Of a stretch of DNA of 64,000 bases, positions 14,546-29,100 are shown piece after piece; position 1 is the stretch's first letter; every line of letters starts with the position of its first letter. The DNA lies in the NCBI GenBank assembly GCA_951406725.2, contig OX597826.1:75888001-75952000 (forward strand). Direction: 5' to 3'. The position numbers were made by a program, and so were the translations under genes. Below the pieces are notes generated by a model that saw only the letters and a list, made by a program, of their open reading frames with translations, was not told where the DNA came from and made no database searches. Source of the stretch: Octopus vulgaris. Taxonomy: Eukaryota.

Positions 14546-15467
14546 AACGCCGGACAAAAATGCTTTCTCCGACTTAACGTTCTGAGTTCAAATGCCGCTG
14601 GAATCGTCTTTAACTTTTATCTTTATGAGATCGATAAAATAAGCACCAGTAGCCACTGGGATCGATGTAATAGACTTACTCCTTCTTTCGAAACTGCTGG
14701 CCTTGTGCTATTATTTGAAATCAACATAAGGTCGACAGTTTTCTTATGAAGTGGAGTAATTGTACGAGAAGCAGAACCATAATGCGAACAGTTCTGTCAC
14801 AATATGCGCTTCCAAGTGGATCTAAAACTATCGAAATGACGAAATAGCTCTACATATTTAGAGAACACGCGATATCTGTGCTTAGATATGTGAACTGATC
14901 CCGGAGGAATTGACTCACAAGATTTTATGCAACACATAACTATGATCTCACTCACTGACCTATAACAACATATAACTTCTTAATCCTTCCCGTGATTCTA
15001 CACAATTTAAAACACCATGGCATTACTGAACCAGGGAGCACGTGGTTGTTAAGAAAACGTCTTTACCACACAGCCAAGAATTCGCTGTAATGATGAGAAT
15101 CCACTTTTTAAGAAAAAACCCAGTGTGTTCTCAGACAATCTTGTTTAATTTTTTTCTTCATTCACCAGATTTAACCAGGTGCCTCCCTCATGCCGATTGT
15201 GAGCCGACCTTTCATATTGTCAAGCGTATCTAAGTCTATATAAATCACATGATTGGTTCTTCTCATCCCACGCATCAATGTTTATGCAGAAAACACATGG
15301 ATGTCATTGTAGGTTTGTGTCTTTCAATAAACAACCTACACAGATTTATAGACATCCTTGAAGGGTTGCCATTGTCAGTTGGTGACTTATTTAGTAAACA
15401 AAAGCGATAAAAAGGAAACTGATATCGCTGGTTTATTTGCAGATTTCAAAGTTCTGTTTTCTCTATA

Positions 15468-15565
<98 letters not shown>

Positions 15566-18500
15566 TGATGATGATGATGATGATGATGAAGATGATGATG
15601 ATGATAATAATAATAATAGACCTGATGCAGTACCAGACAGTGGCTCTCATGGCTTCTGATCTTAACTGATTGGAAGTGTTATCATGTACATTGTTTTGTC
15701 TTGGTTTAAAAGATGGGCAACAGCAAATATTCTGCTCAATACCACAGATTTGCTTGTCAGTTGTTTGACCTTAACCAGTTGAGCATGTCCCTTAGTGGCT
15801 GACGATATGTGCATGTCTGATCACGAGCAGAAGTAGTGGGGGAGCATCATAGCCATGTGTTGAGAATGATTCTTTGGGGCTTGAATAATTCACCTCTGTA
15901 AACATGGGTGTTTCGTTCAAAATCCTCAAACAATCCTTATTCAGGGACCTTTTGAGCGGGATGGGCTACTCGACCAGAAGAAAATTCTAACTGGGCCCCA
16001 CCTGCAAGGTCATGCGCTGTTTATCTTGATATGAGATGACCATGTCGCGCACATATGGTTGTGATGCATGTGCCTGGTGTACCCTTATCAGACTTGTAAT
16101 CCTGATGGGTATACTGGGCTTCGTATATTTTACCTCAGTGTCACTTTGATGGCATGCACTGCTCTCTCACTCAATAATAATCCTTTCTATTACAGGCACG
16201 TAACCGGTGTTCGGACAAGCCTGATCTTTCTTTCTTGGTTCGGCCGTCGTCCATGCTACATCTATATTCCTCCTTGTGCCTGTGAAATCTTGTATCCCTG
16301 CCGTAAGGCTTTATTTCCACACACGCCAGCTTAATTTAATTCGACCTTAGTCGAAATACACCTGTTGTTATGTCCTGTTATTTGTATTTGTGTAACATTC
16401 TCCGTTTTCTTTTTCCGCCCTTGTTTTCGTATACATTCGCTGCTTTCTTCTAAGGAAACTAACGCTCTTAGCTTGACTTTTCCTTGGAGCAATCTCGAGT
16501 ATAACCAGCCGAAATTGCAAAGATAATTTGGAACTCGACTGGGGAAAGAAAACACCGAATGAACCGTCCTTGTTTTCTTTGTATCGTCTATCTGGATGTT
16601 TTGCTGTCCCTTTTTTTGTATCACCTGTCTGGATGTTTTGCATTCTTTTCCCTATATATATATATATATATATATATACATACATACATACATACATACA
16701 TACATACATACATACATACATACATACGTGCATACGTACATACATACATACATACATACATACATACATACATACATACATACATACATAAGGATAAGCA
16801 TATTAAAAGGGGTCCATGGGAAAACTCATTTAAATAAAAGGGTCAAATCTGTTGTGCAATACTATTTTCCTCGTAACAAAAGATGTTTGCACTGACTGCA
16901 TTATAAGTGTAATTATAATCACATTAGTTTAGCTAAGGCGGTGAGCTGGCAGAAGCGTTAGCACGCCGCGCGAAATGCTTAGCGGTATTTCGTCTGCTGC
17001 CACGTTCTGAGTTCAAATTCCGCCGAGGTCGACTTTGCCTTTCCTCCTTTCGGTGTCGATAAATTACTGGGGTCGATCTAATCGACTGGCACCCTCCCAC
17101 CAAATTTCTGGCTTTGCGCCTATAGTAGAAAAGATTATTTTAGCTAACTAATCTTTTGTGTGTACATCCACACAGCTTTGAGAGAACAATGTATCTAACA
17201 TGTTGAGTGTTGCCCTTCACCTGAAACTAAAGAAATAACAAAAAATTGAGGTGATTTACTTGCACTGGAGGCAAGTAAAATAGTGGACTAATATACACTA
17301 ATCCGCTTATTCACTTTGCTAATGGACAGTAAACATTAGATGTTTGACAACTGAAACAAACGAGTTGTTTCTACGATGGCCGTTTATTCTGTCAGTCACT
17401 GAGACAGATTTCCACTTATTAGAATAACGCGTTACATCTCCCAATCGTATTAATTTACTTCTGAATGTCTTTACTATAATTAAGTGTATTTGGTACGAGA
17501 ACATTGATATTTACAAGATACTCACATTCGAACTCTCCACTGTTAGACCTGTTAGCAGGCAATTCACTTATTTGGCCGTAATGACCTAACTTCTTTGCAA
17601 ATGGACACAAGCATGGCTGTGTGGTGAAGGAATCTATTTCATAACTATTTAGTTTTAGATTCAATTTCTTTGCGTATCACCTTTAACAAGTATCTTCTAC
17701 CATAAACTTGGGTCAACCAAAGCTTCATCTGGTAAATTTGGTAAACGAAACGTGAGTGGAATTCCGTCTGGCAGGGATCTTTCCTGCGTTTTTAGTGGTT
17801 GTTTTAATCCGTTGCTCGATTTAACATCGCCACCTTGGCCATTGGCTGCTGTCAGTAAAGTTCACTCTGTAGCAAACACGTTGGAATCAGGTCTTCAGTC
17901 TGAGAACTTCCTCTTTTCTTACAATAGTTACAGAAGTCCTGAAAAGGAGTCATGGGTGCTGTCATTGTTCTTCTGATGAAGCTATTAAAAATATGAGCAA
18001 AACATGTTCTTTCATATAGCTGTGGCTTTTTATCACAAGAGTGGAAAAAGAAGCAGAAAAATTTGCAAGGTTTGCTGTAGCTATTAAATTTCAGGTAGAT
18101 CTAAAAACAGACAGAAAGATAGACAGGAGGAAAGGAAGGCAAGAAGAAAAAAACTGAGTTAAACATCAAATGTAACAGAAAAACAAACTAAAAACTGAGA
18201 TTCCAGTGAGATTTTGATATCTGCACAAGCGAAAAAATAAACCAAATGTGGAGTCAGAAGCGCTGACATAGTTATTAGTAAGATTTATGAAAACACCTTT
18301 GTGGTAGTTTGCAATCCCTGAGGGGGAAGTTACGTTAACGAACGAGACAAAAATAATGTTTCGTATAAAAGAAAACACGCCTTCAGATTTGAAGTTTGAT
18401 GTTGGACAAAGATTGTCGAACAAGATACGAAATATAAATTATTTTTAACCTAAACATATTAAACTCCATAATGAATATAGTTATGTAGGGTGGGTGAGAT

Positions 18501-18982
18501 ACCAACATGGAACAAGAAAAGTGCTTTATGGTATAGAACAAACATATTTAATGCATATTTAGCGGGAATATATTATTAAGACACTTGTTTCAAACTTGCG
18601 TTCTGGAAAGTGCCCTTTACTGTATAAATTTTGTTCATTTCTTAAGGGTATGTACCAAATCTTCTGGGGGAGTTATCTGTTTAGACAAGCATCATCTTTA
18701 AAGAGAAAGTTCCCTTATAAACTTCATTCGTAGTAATGAAATCTGTGTTAAGTTCGAGCGAGGATTGGTTTTTAATGAATCAAAAACTACATCATTATAT
18801 GGCAACTTGAATGTGTTGTTCTTTTTTTTTTTTCTAACTCCGAGTGAACTCTGAGTAAGTAGACTTTAGAGCAAAAGGTATTCCGCCCGTAACCATTACA
18901 TAGTTTTTTTTCTTTTTTCTTTTAAGCACCAAGTATTTAGGGCTATATTATGCTGTGTGTTTTCCCTTTTTAGACAGTATAA

Positions 18983-19215
18983 AGGCGGTGAGCTGACAGA
19001 AACGTTAGCACGCCGGGCGAAGTGCTTAGCTGTATTTCGTCTGCCGCTACGTTCTGAGTTCAAATTCCGCCGAGGTCGACTTTGCCTTTCCTCCTTTCGG
19101 GGTCGATTAAATAAATACCAGTTACGCACTGGGGTCGATGTAATCGACTTAATCCGTTTGTCTGTCCTTGTTTGTCCTCTCTGTGTTTAGCCCCTTGTGG
19201 GCAGTAAAGAAATAA
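18983..19215 (+). mobile_element. tRNA-derived SINE family A (representative full copy)
   Basis: GGCGGTGAGCTGACAGAAACGTTAG (A box)...GAGTTCAAATTCC (B box)...GGGGTCGAT...AAAGAAAT tail. About 20 further copies or fragments, e.g. 1097-1240(-), 8712-8935, 9585-9765(-), 16937-17140, 26545-26720, 40956-41180, 43195-43400(-), 45800-45980(-). Confidence 0.85.
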
Positions 19216-20319
19216 GTATAATGTGTTTCGAGTAATATTAGCTGTTAATTCTAGTTGTCCAGTCGACACATAAGAGACACCATCGTTGTTATTGTTATGG
19301 TGTACGTAAAAGAATGTAAACTAAATTTAAATTTCTGATTAGATATAATAGATTCAGTGATCGACTCTCATTAAAATCAGACCAAATAAGGAATTGACAG
19401 TGTCCCTAATTATCCAGTCACAGATTAAATGAAGAATAAAGATCTGATTATTTCTTAGAAACCGGCGAAATTTGAGGAGTAGGACAAACATTTTGATTTC
19501 AAATTTTGGCATGCCGTCAGCAACTTCAGAGAGATTAAGTCAATTGGTACTTATTTTATCGACCTCGAAACTATGAAAGGCAAAGTCGACATCGGTGGAA
19601 CTCTGCTAGCTCGACTCCTTAAACAGAACAAACATATTAAAATATATACTGTAGCTGAACTACATTGTTTCTCATTGGAAAAGTTCGTTCAAACTGGAGA
19701 GCTTTCATTTGGAAAGGATGTACTAACATCCGTTAAGTCGTAGAATTAGTCAGTAGCCAGGTCCAGTCTCCGACCAACCACCTGAAGAAATATTGTCAGA
19801 AATGGTGAAGAACGTTTCGTACGTTTAATTCCTCTTTCAGAATATCTGTTTTTCATTTTTTCCCAATTTTTTATGTAGAAATTTTCCGATCACTTACAAC
19901 TCATGCTACTCCCCCTCTTTCCTCTCCCATCTTCTATCCTTTTCCGCGCATGTGAAGAAAATAATTCTGCATTTATCAAAAGGATTTATTCTGATCACCT
20001 GAATTCATCTTCAATTGCTCTTTATATTCTTATGTTTCATCGGTTCAGCTTATGGCTAATTATGTTTATATTGTTTGTGAATTAAAGTTCAGTTTTGCAA
20101 AGTTGTCGATAAACTCTCGGTGTACAGGAATAATTCAATGAACGAACAGTGCTATTTCATTGCACCAAGTTCCGTGACATTTAAGGGAATGGGACGATTG
20201 GGTGTGGCTGTTTGGGCGTCAACGATTTATCATTGTAACTGTTTGGCGACAGTACGTTTTGGCCCAGTGGGTAAACACACAAACGCCTGCGCGCAGAAGT
20301 GTACATATATATATATATG

Positions 20320-20395
<76 letters not shown>

Positions 20396-21020
20396 ATAAA
20401 ACGAGAGAAACATTAACACGTCTGATGCCAAATACTTCACCATCGAATCAACGACGTTTAAGAGGCGGAGACAAAACGACTGTGCCAGAATTGCTCATAC
20501 TGGGAAAATTCATTAAAACCGGTACGACTCTACTTAGTAACAATAAGACTTACATCTGTTGGACAGAAAAATTAACTTGGTAGAATAATGCAATGATTCT
20601 GTCACATCATTCTATTGAACAACAGATGTTGGCTCCATCTTTACTATTTCACATCTGTTGTACAATAACGCGACAGAATTATTTTGCTACTCCACCACGT
20701 TATTTTCTAACCAACAGATGTTAGTTTCATTCTTACCAGGCTAAAACTCAGCAGTTTCAATGGATTTCTCTAATGAGAAAGTTACTCTACGAATCTGAAT
20801 GTTACTCTATGAATCTAGCTTGGTTACTGACTGCTCCCCCGACTTCATCTAATTTTTCTTGTTCACTTAAAGTGGATCTTCACGGTTTAACTTCGCATCG
20901 TCAGAATACTTTCACTATGTCTGCTAATGACGAAAATTTCATTCAGTTTTCATAGAAATTAACAATAAGAAAAAGTTACAAACTTTTGAAAGTTTGAAAT
21001 TTTAGCTAATTAGAGACCAC

Positions 21021-21805
21021 CATTATCGACATACCGGAAGTCATACTTGTCGTCTGACAATAAACTGATGTTTGTTTTCAGATCATCAACAATAACCACT
21101 TGTCTTCTGCTTCCTATTTTCAACCGGATGTTGGAACCAAGGCAGCAAGCTGTGTTTTATTTATTGCCATTTTTAGATGCATTTTTAAAAACATATTTTA
21201 CAAAACGAGCGTTTCAGGAATGAATTCATGAGTTTCAGAAATTTCTGGGATAACATGAAGATGGGGTGCAATGCCGCATTTTTTTTTCTTATTTTTCAAG
21301 ACAAAGGAATGACACTGACGAAGATACGTCACTGGATGCATGCCGTTAACATGAAAGTAGTTCATGGCAACGTCTGTTGGCGCTGGAACAAAATAAATGG
21401 TACGAATATGTGTCTGTGAAGGAAGACAACGGGGCTGAAAAGTGAATGTATTCCTCTTAGTACTGTTGCTCTGTTTCTTTAGTTCAGGGTCATGGAATTG
21501 TCTGCTTATGTGTGGAGGAATTGGGAATTACCAAGAGCATAGTTGTTGATTGCAACAACCATCTTCGTAAAGGAAAAGCGGATGGACTGCATTGTAACCC
21601 ATCGAAGATTGGGGGTTGGCGAACAATTGTTGAAATTGACGGAACTAAGTACAAAAGGGCAAGGCTACAACAAGAGCAGTGGGTTTTTGGGTGGTGTGTA
21701 TCACGAAGTACGACAGGTATTCTTCCGATACGTTGTACCTTCCTGCAATCGTGAGAAAGATACAGCGTATAGGAATACGCTATGACTTCCGGTGTGTCGA
21801 TTATG
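21021..21805 (+). mobile_element. Merlin (IS1016/ISXO2-like DDE) transposon remnant
   Basis: IGGWRTIVEIDGTKYKRARLQQEQWVFG matches the Merlin IGG.G..VEIDE.KF.KRKY.RGR.....WVFG motif; 25-bp inverted repeats at 21021-21045 and 21781-21805 (2 mismatches). Confidence 0.78.
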
Positions 21806-21830
21806 AAAGCTTCCTATCGGCTAAAAGTTC

Positions 21831-21872
<42 letters not shown>

Positions 21873-22932
21873 GTTATTATTATTATTCATTTTTTTATGG
21901 AAAACGAATGTGGTTTTCATCATTAGCATGCAAAAACTATATCAGTGTAAACATTTGTAAAAATTCTAACTGTGTGGAAGAAATCATGAAGCTACACTAC
22001 TATATGTAACTTCTACGTAAATTCACTAATAATATAAATATATTTGTCCCTGAGCCGTCTCTGTGAGATATAAGAATAGCGAATAACGTGGATTAGCATT
22101 TGATGGGGAGAAAAGGAAACAACGATGTAATATGCTCAACTTTAACTGGATTTCAACCGTCGCTCCATGCTTTCCATTGAAGATTGCTGCTGCTGCAGAT
22201 TGAAAAACAAATCCGTTACAATGCAGAATACTAAAATGTAACTTGATAAAACCCAAAAATAAAAGAGAAAAGAGAAGTGATACAAGGGGAAATGACATAA
22301 CATACAAAAAATGCTAGCATTATTATTAAAATGCGAAGGCAGCCAGCAGGCAGAAACGTTAGCACGCCGGGTGAAATGCTTAGCGGTATTTCGCCCGTTT
22401 CGGGGGCGATAAAATAAGTACGAATTGAGTCCTGAGGGTCGATGTGATCGACTTACTCCTTCCCTAAAATTGCTGGCCTGGTGCCAAAATTACAAAGGAT
22501 CATCACTGTTATTAAGACTGGCAGAATCCTTGCAGCATCGAATAAAAATGTTTTGCTGCAGCTTTTCCGGTTCTTAACGTCAATATTCCCTTTCTTCGAT
22601 AAAACAAAGCACCATTCAAATACTGGGTTCAATTGTATCGAGAACTTTCCTTCCCTTTCAAATCTCTAACTCTTTTTTTTTGCCGGAATTAGAAACTAAT
22701 CATGCCTCTTTCGGAAGGATTTCCGAACAGGCATCGGAAAAATGACAGATCAAAGAGAGGACAAAAAAACGAAGTTGCTTCTCTCAGAACTAAATAACAA
22801 CAAACAAAAGAAACAAAACATAAAGCCTGAGACCAGCCTACAAGCGACGCCAGTCTTGACACACAGTTATCACTGGTACTCATTTTTGTCGGTACGAACT
22901 GCAGCCACATGAAATGAAATATCTTGCTCAAT

Positions 22933-23110
22933 AGACGCAGGAGTGGCTGTGTAGTAAGTAGCTTGCTTACCAACCACATGTTTCCGGGTTCAGTCCCGCA
23001 GTGTGCCACCTTGAGCAAGTGTCTTCTACTATAGCTTCGAGCCGAGTAAAGCCTTGTGAGTGGATTTGGTAGACGGAAACTAAAAGAAGCCCGTCGTATA
23101 TATGCATATG

Positions 23111-23147
<37 letters not shown>

Positions 23148-23368
23148 ATGTGTCTTTGTGTTTGTGCATCTGTGTTTGTCCTCCCAACATCGTTTGACAA
23201 CCGATGCTGGTGTGTTTACGTTCCTGTAATCTAGCAGTTCAGCAAAATAGACCTATAGAATAAGTACTAGGCTTACAACGAATAAGTCCTGTGGTCGATT
23301 TGCTCGACTAAAGGCGGTGCTCCAGCATGGCCGCAGTCAAATGACTGAAACAAGTAAAAGAGTAAGAG
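22933..23368 (+). mobile_element. tRNA-derived SINE family B with an internal (TA/TG)n microsatellite (representative full copy)
   Basis: Head GACGCAGGAGTGGCTGTGTAGTAAG...GGGTTCAGTCCC, body, microsatellite, tail ...CAGCATGGCCGCAGTCAAATGACTGAAACAAGTAAAAGAGT. Other copies: 4574-4955, 32003-32400(-), 33725-34155(-), 34600-34960(-), 52935-53150(-), 59170-59360, 63323-63720(-). Confidence 0.85.
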
Positions 23369-23674
23369 TGCAACGCGCTGCCTGATACGAGAATCGAACG
23401 TACCACTACCTAATGATCACGAGCTCAACACCTTAACCATTACCCAAGTAAGTTCACTCATAAGAAACGCGCGCTGAGTGAAGCCTTATCTTGTTGATCT
23501 GCGGTTCCTTTTCTTCAACCAGATCATGGAACAGAAATCAGGACTCAGTTTTGAAAATATCTCAAGCCTACAATTATATATAAGATTTTTGTGTAAGACT
23601 ACATTATTTTTTGAACAGTTCCTAATGCAAAATGCTTATCCATGAATTAATGTATTGCTGTTGTCTATTTTCAG

Positions 23675-23741
23675 ATCAATGCTACAAGAATGGTCGGTTT
23701 TACGATGTTGGAGAATCCGTCAAAGATAACTGTAACGAATG
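23675..23741 (+). CDS. TINAGL1: TINAGL exon (Cys-rich segment after the SMB domain): (D)[21 protein letters not shown](C)
   Basis: ttttcag acceptor, gtaagt donor, phase 1 to 2, 67 bp. Confidence 0.88.
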
Positions 23742-23762
23742 GTAAGTAGGACTATGCTTTAT

Positions 23763-23810
<48 letters not shown>

Positions 23811-23930
23811 CTACATTGAAGAAATATGGGGAGGGTGATATATTTATGTTTTCAGCAATAAACACTTTATTTCACGAATAATTTTGGCAAGACGAGACCC
23901 ACAGGGCCAAGTGTATATATATATATATAC

Positions 23931-23978
<48 letters not shown>

Positions 23979-24258
23979 TTTATATTATATTGGTTAAAAC
24001 GGTAAGATAACAAAAGAAAGAAAGAGACCTCAATATTATGTAAATAGAGGAAATTATATGTGACCTCGTGTGTACCGTTGGCGATTTTTTCCCTCTGTCT
24101 TCCCTTCTCTGGATCTTTCCTTCTCCTATGTTTCCGACGAAGAGCACCGCTCGAAACGTTAAACCCTCCTTCTTTCCTTTTTTCCTGAGCGTCCAATAAT
24201 ACTATATTTGTTCCACGTCCTCGCGTTGTTGTGTTTTTTTGTGCTTTCTTGTTTGGAT

Positions 24259-24310
<52 letters not shown>

Positions 24311-25125
24311 GGGGGGGATAATTCTATGGAATACAATTATGATTAAGGGCGCAGAAGAAGACGTCCAAATATGTCCAACCACAACAAGATTCACTTCAAT
24401 ATGAAAAAGGTTGAAAAAGGACGGGATAATTTCGCAATTTATTTGTTAATGGCTATAACGTTTCGAACATTGTCCTTCTTCGGACAGTGGAAACGGAAGA
24501 GAGAAGAACAGGTGAAATTAAAATAAAGAAACAGGGAAAAGGGGGAGACAACATACCGTTAGATTACGTGTTTGCCCGCTGATTATATATATATAGAGAG
24601 AGAGATAGAGAGAGCCAGCAGGAAAACATGTAATCCAACGATATATAAATATAAACCACTTTGTAATTGAGAATAATTGAAGCATGCATAATGAAGATAA
24701 CTCTATGGAGATGAAGATGATGCGAACACATCAACTCAAGTAAAAAGAAAAATAATTGGCTATCCTCTTACAATTCTGTTCCAGAATAACTGCTTCTCTT
24801 CAGAAAAGATGTACCAAAATTCTTCGGATGCACAGAGAACTTTCAATCTAAATTACACTTGCTTGTCAGAATATAGCATTAACAAGCATCGTAATTTGCA
24901 TATAATATGCTGGTTTGTCATGTCGTAAATTAGCTACCATATGTGCGTCTGTGTGTTATGTGCTGTAAACATTATAATGCAGATAATGCTGAAAGGTGTA
25001 GATGTGGAGATTGATGTGATGTGGAAACAATTTGCATGCAACGTGTTATTATTACCAGTGGGCACACAATGCACATTTTTCAATCCAATCAGCTGTAATC
25101 AGTACCAGCTGGGGAACACTGGAGA

Positions 25126-25175
<50 letters not shown>

Positions 25176-26093
25176 GGAATATTATTCCAAACTTACAGGG
25201 AAAGATTCAATTTAGAAATACTAAATCAAATTTCACAAAATATAATATTTAATTATATTTTATCTTTCTATTATATGTAATTTTCTAGATGGTGTAATTT
25301 AATTTTTAATTTTTAATTGATAAAAGGTGTTTTTTTCCTAATTTATATATATATATTTCATATATATATATGTATATTTCATATATATATAAAATTACGG
25401 CTGAGATAACAGAAAAGAGACTAATATACGTGGAAACAGACATGCAGCAATGACTTTCTGATTCAGCTGAGATAGTTGAAAGTGTAACAGGATGAATGAC
25501 CAGTTTTATTCAGTGTAGTAGTTTCTCTGTATTTTGTCTGGGAAGAAGGAGCGAAATAGAACAACTCACTCATAACTCTTGACTAGCGAGTGAAAAAGCT
25601 GGAAAAGAGCGAAATACTGAAGTCGTGGTTGCTGACTTCAGTAGGAAGAGAAAATAGAGCGATTCTTTTACACTGATAAAATGACTGTCAGAACACTGGT
25701 CGTTGATTGGCTAATAAAACCGGTGAAAATAGTGGGATTTACCTTCTGTATGAAGGGTTGCTACTTAAACCTCTTATAAATTGCTAGGAAACAACAATCG
25801 ATAAGCTAAAAGCAAATACAGATCCAAATATACTTACATGAGTTAATGTTACAGGTAGTAAGTCGTCCCAAGAACCACCAGAAATATTCCATATATGCAT
25901 ATTCAAATTGCAATTGCAGGTGGTTTATATGCTGTGTGCGAGAAAATTCAAAATGAGTTGGCATCGTGTGTGCGCAGGATATAAATGAAGTTTACATGTG
26001 TGCCGTGTGAAAAATACATGTGGGTCTGATAAAACAACAGTAACAAGTGAGTCTTCAAAAAAGTGAAAGAGCAATGCAGTTTATATTTTTTAT

Positions 26094-26155
<62 letters not shown>

Positions 26156-29100
26156 CAAAATAAGCAACAAGAATATCCAGAGGTAATGCCGTACGATCGT
26201 TTCATGCGATCGTGCTGCATTACCTCTGGATATCCTTGTTGCTTATTTTGATTGTAATCACCCATTTTGAATTATATGGATAATGCCATACCAAATTCTG
26301 GTGTCTTTAACTTAAGTACCCTATTCAACTGAATCTAAATTTTTACTGAACTATATATTTATATATATATGGCTTATGTTTGTGCTATTACGTACTTTAA
26401 AGTTGGACATAGCAAAATCTGTATAATGAAGACTGTTGACTATTAAAAACAAAAGTCATCTGATGCTCTTCCGCTTCATGCTTTCATAAAATATTTATCA
26501 ATGAGGAATTGTGCCGGTTCCCCAACGAGATGCTTATAAAACGGTATTATGTCTGTCGTTACGTTCTGAGTTCAAATTCCGCCGAGGTCGACTTTACCTT
26601 TCATCCTTTCGGGGTCGATAAATTAAGTACCAGTTATGCACTGGGGTCGATGTAATAGACTTAGTCCCTTTGTCTGTCCTAATTTGTCCCCTCTGTGTTT
26701 AGCCCCTTGTGGGTAATAAACAAATATATAATAACGTTTTTTAGTTGAATTGGTCAATATTCTGTCTGACAATATGCAATTAATCCCACTGTTATATAAA
26801 ATAAAATAATCCGACTCAACAGATATTGTCAACTTCATACGACTGATGAGAATCCTTTCTCGGCTTTACAACCATTCGCTAAAAAGATTGACCGACTCGT
26901 TGATGTTTAACCACCAAATCAACCCTGATCAAGTAGATCTATAATTAAAAACATTTTACCCATTACTATCCCATTTTTTTTTTATTTTATAAAGTACATC
27001 TAGAACTACATCATTGAAGGTACCCTCGTTTTTGTTTACACAGCTATGTATGATTTGAGAAAGATTTGGTTACTATCCGAGCGATCATGTAGAAACGAGC
27101 TCGCTGGCACTTTGCCCCGTCTACGGTGTACATTAAACATCAGAGCAAATCTAGTGCCTGTCAATAGTTTCCGTACATTAAAGCAGACTATCAAGTACCA
27201 GAGGTTTTGTTTGCATAAGTATAATCTTTATTATTACACGATATGTGAGTGTTACATTATAAACGATCTTATTACAATATAAACGATCTTAACTATGAAA
27301 CGAAATAGCTAACATAATCGAAATTCTTAACATAATGTAAAAAGGTTATAAAGATCTAAAGATTTCTGACCCGTAACAGAAATGAGAATATTTATAAAAC
27401 GGAATTTTCATGGGTCCCGAAAATATTTTGTTAAACAAGATGTTACGAGAAACGTTTGTCGACAGTTGTTTCGTTATATAATATTGTTTATAGTATAAAA
27501 AAACTATTTCGAACTCTAACAGATGTCATGCTTCCTGCATTGGTAGAGTCTCGTTAAGAGCCTATGCACCTATGTTCTTGTTATATCGTCAAAAGAAAAA
27601 AGAAAAAAACGACATTAATATCAAACTTAGTATAAATCATTAATTCGTTTGAGATGACATTTGCAGTGATTAATCTGTTTTGAGTATTGTTAACACAATA
27701 TTTATCTTAACTAGAAACACATTATGAAATATATGACAACACTTAATATTATATAATAGATGTTGATACAGTGTTAACATGTGATTGAAGAGGGACACTT
27801 AGAGATATGGATTGACTAAGAGCAGCGATAAACAATATTTGACAAACCCAATGTTTTTATCAACAAATTTCCGAATAAAAATTCCTTAGAATATTTAGTT
27901 TTTTTCTTTTTTTTCATTGTTCAAATCTTGGTTGGCTCTGCTTTACTTTACACTCTTCAATCAGAGCTGTATATAAAACCACCAAAACTTTTGGGTGTTG
28001 TCAATACCAAGACTACTCTAGCACTCTGTACAATTTAAAGCAAAGCTCAAATCACATATTGCAATGCTTTAGAAAAGTTTTCTTTTTTTCTTTTTCTCAT
28101 TTTCTGTTATCACCGCATTTTGCCCTAAAAAATTTTTCAAGCTGTTCTTTTTAAAAAAATGGCTTTTAGAGTATCGTTTCTCTGAAATTCTATAACTTTT
28201 AAATCTATTATTTAAAGGAGATGTTTTCTGTCTTAAGAATTCGAGTTTTTTCAGTCGTATTTCTTCCTTATTTATGATGTGTTGAATCACGTTGCAGAAC
28301 CTATTTTTGTCAATGTTTCTAAAGAGTTCTATTATAGTCGTCTTAGACATTTTACTTGCTTCATTACACAGAGTATCTGTTTTGTAATTTATTCTTCTTC
28401 TATTCGATATTGATATTTAATCCGACATAAGAATTTGTTTAACTCGAGAACAGAATTGTGTATTTCCTTTTGTACCGTCGTTGTTCTTTAAGAGAGGATC
28501 TTTTGAACGTATGTCCATAATTCACGGGATTACGCGTCAGTCTGTTTTAGGAAGGTATGTAACATGCTGTTGATGCAGGTATCGTCGGCTTCTTGTTCAG
28601 ATGCAGGTATCGTCGGCTACTGTCTCTGAAGAAAGACAAGAGCATAGAATAATCCAGGATCTGTGGGTTCCTTGGTTTTCGCTAGATAACGGTTTTACTC
28701 TAATGGCATTATATAATCTTGTATACTTTGCATTTTCTCATTCAGTTTCTATCCAACCCCCACCACCCACCAGCCACTCCTTTCGTAACCTGTCGAAAAT
28801 TTTGGTAAGATACAGGAAGGAGACAAATAGGATGTGGAAGGGTGGTTTCAACGCTTCGGTTTTCACCTTAACGACGGCGAAAGCTAAAGCTGCTGCCACC
28901 AACGCCAACAAAAACAGGTGGCTGTGATACAACAATAAAAGAATGAACGGCGATAGTGACAACTTTCTCTAGAGTCCCACCACCAATACTTAGGGAGTGT
29001 CTGCATTGCAGCCGGTCCTCGGTTTGTCTTGAGGGGCTACATCGCCACAATGTACAGTAACATCTACTCGGCGTTCAGGGTGAATGACACAATCGGATCA

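Noticed and set aside
15168-15233. Phase-1-compatible segment DLTRCLPHADCEPTFH after a pyrimidine tract
   Set aside because: No good donor before the in-frame stop and no family similarity
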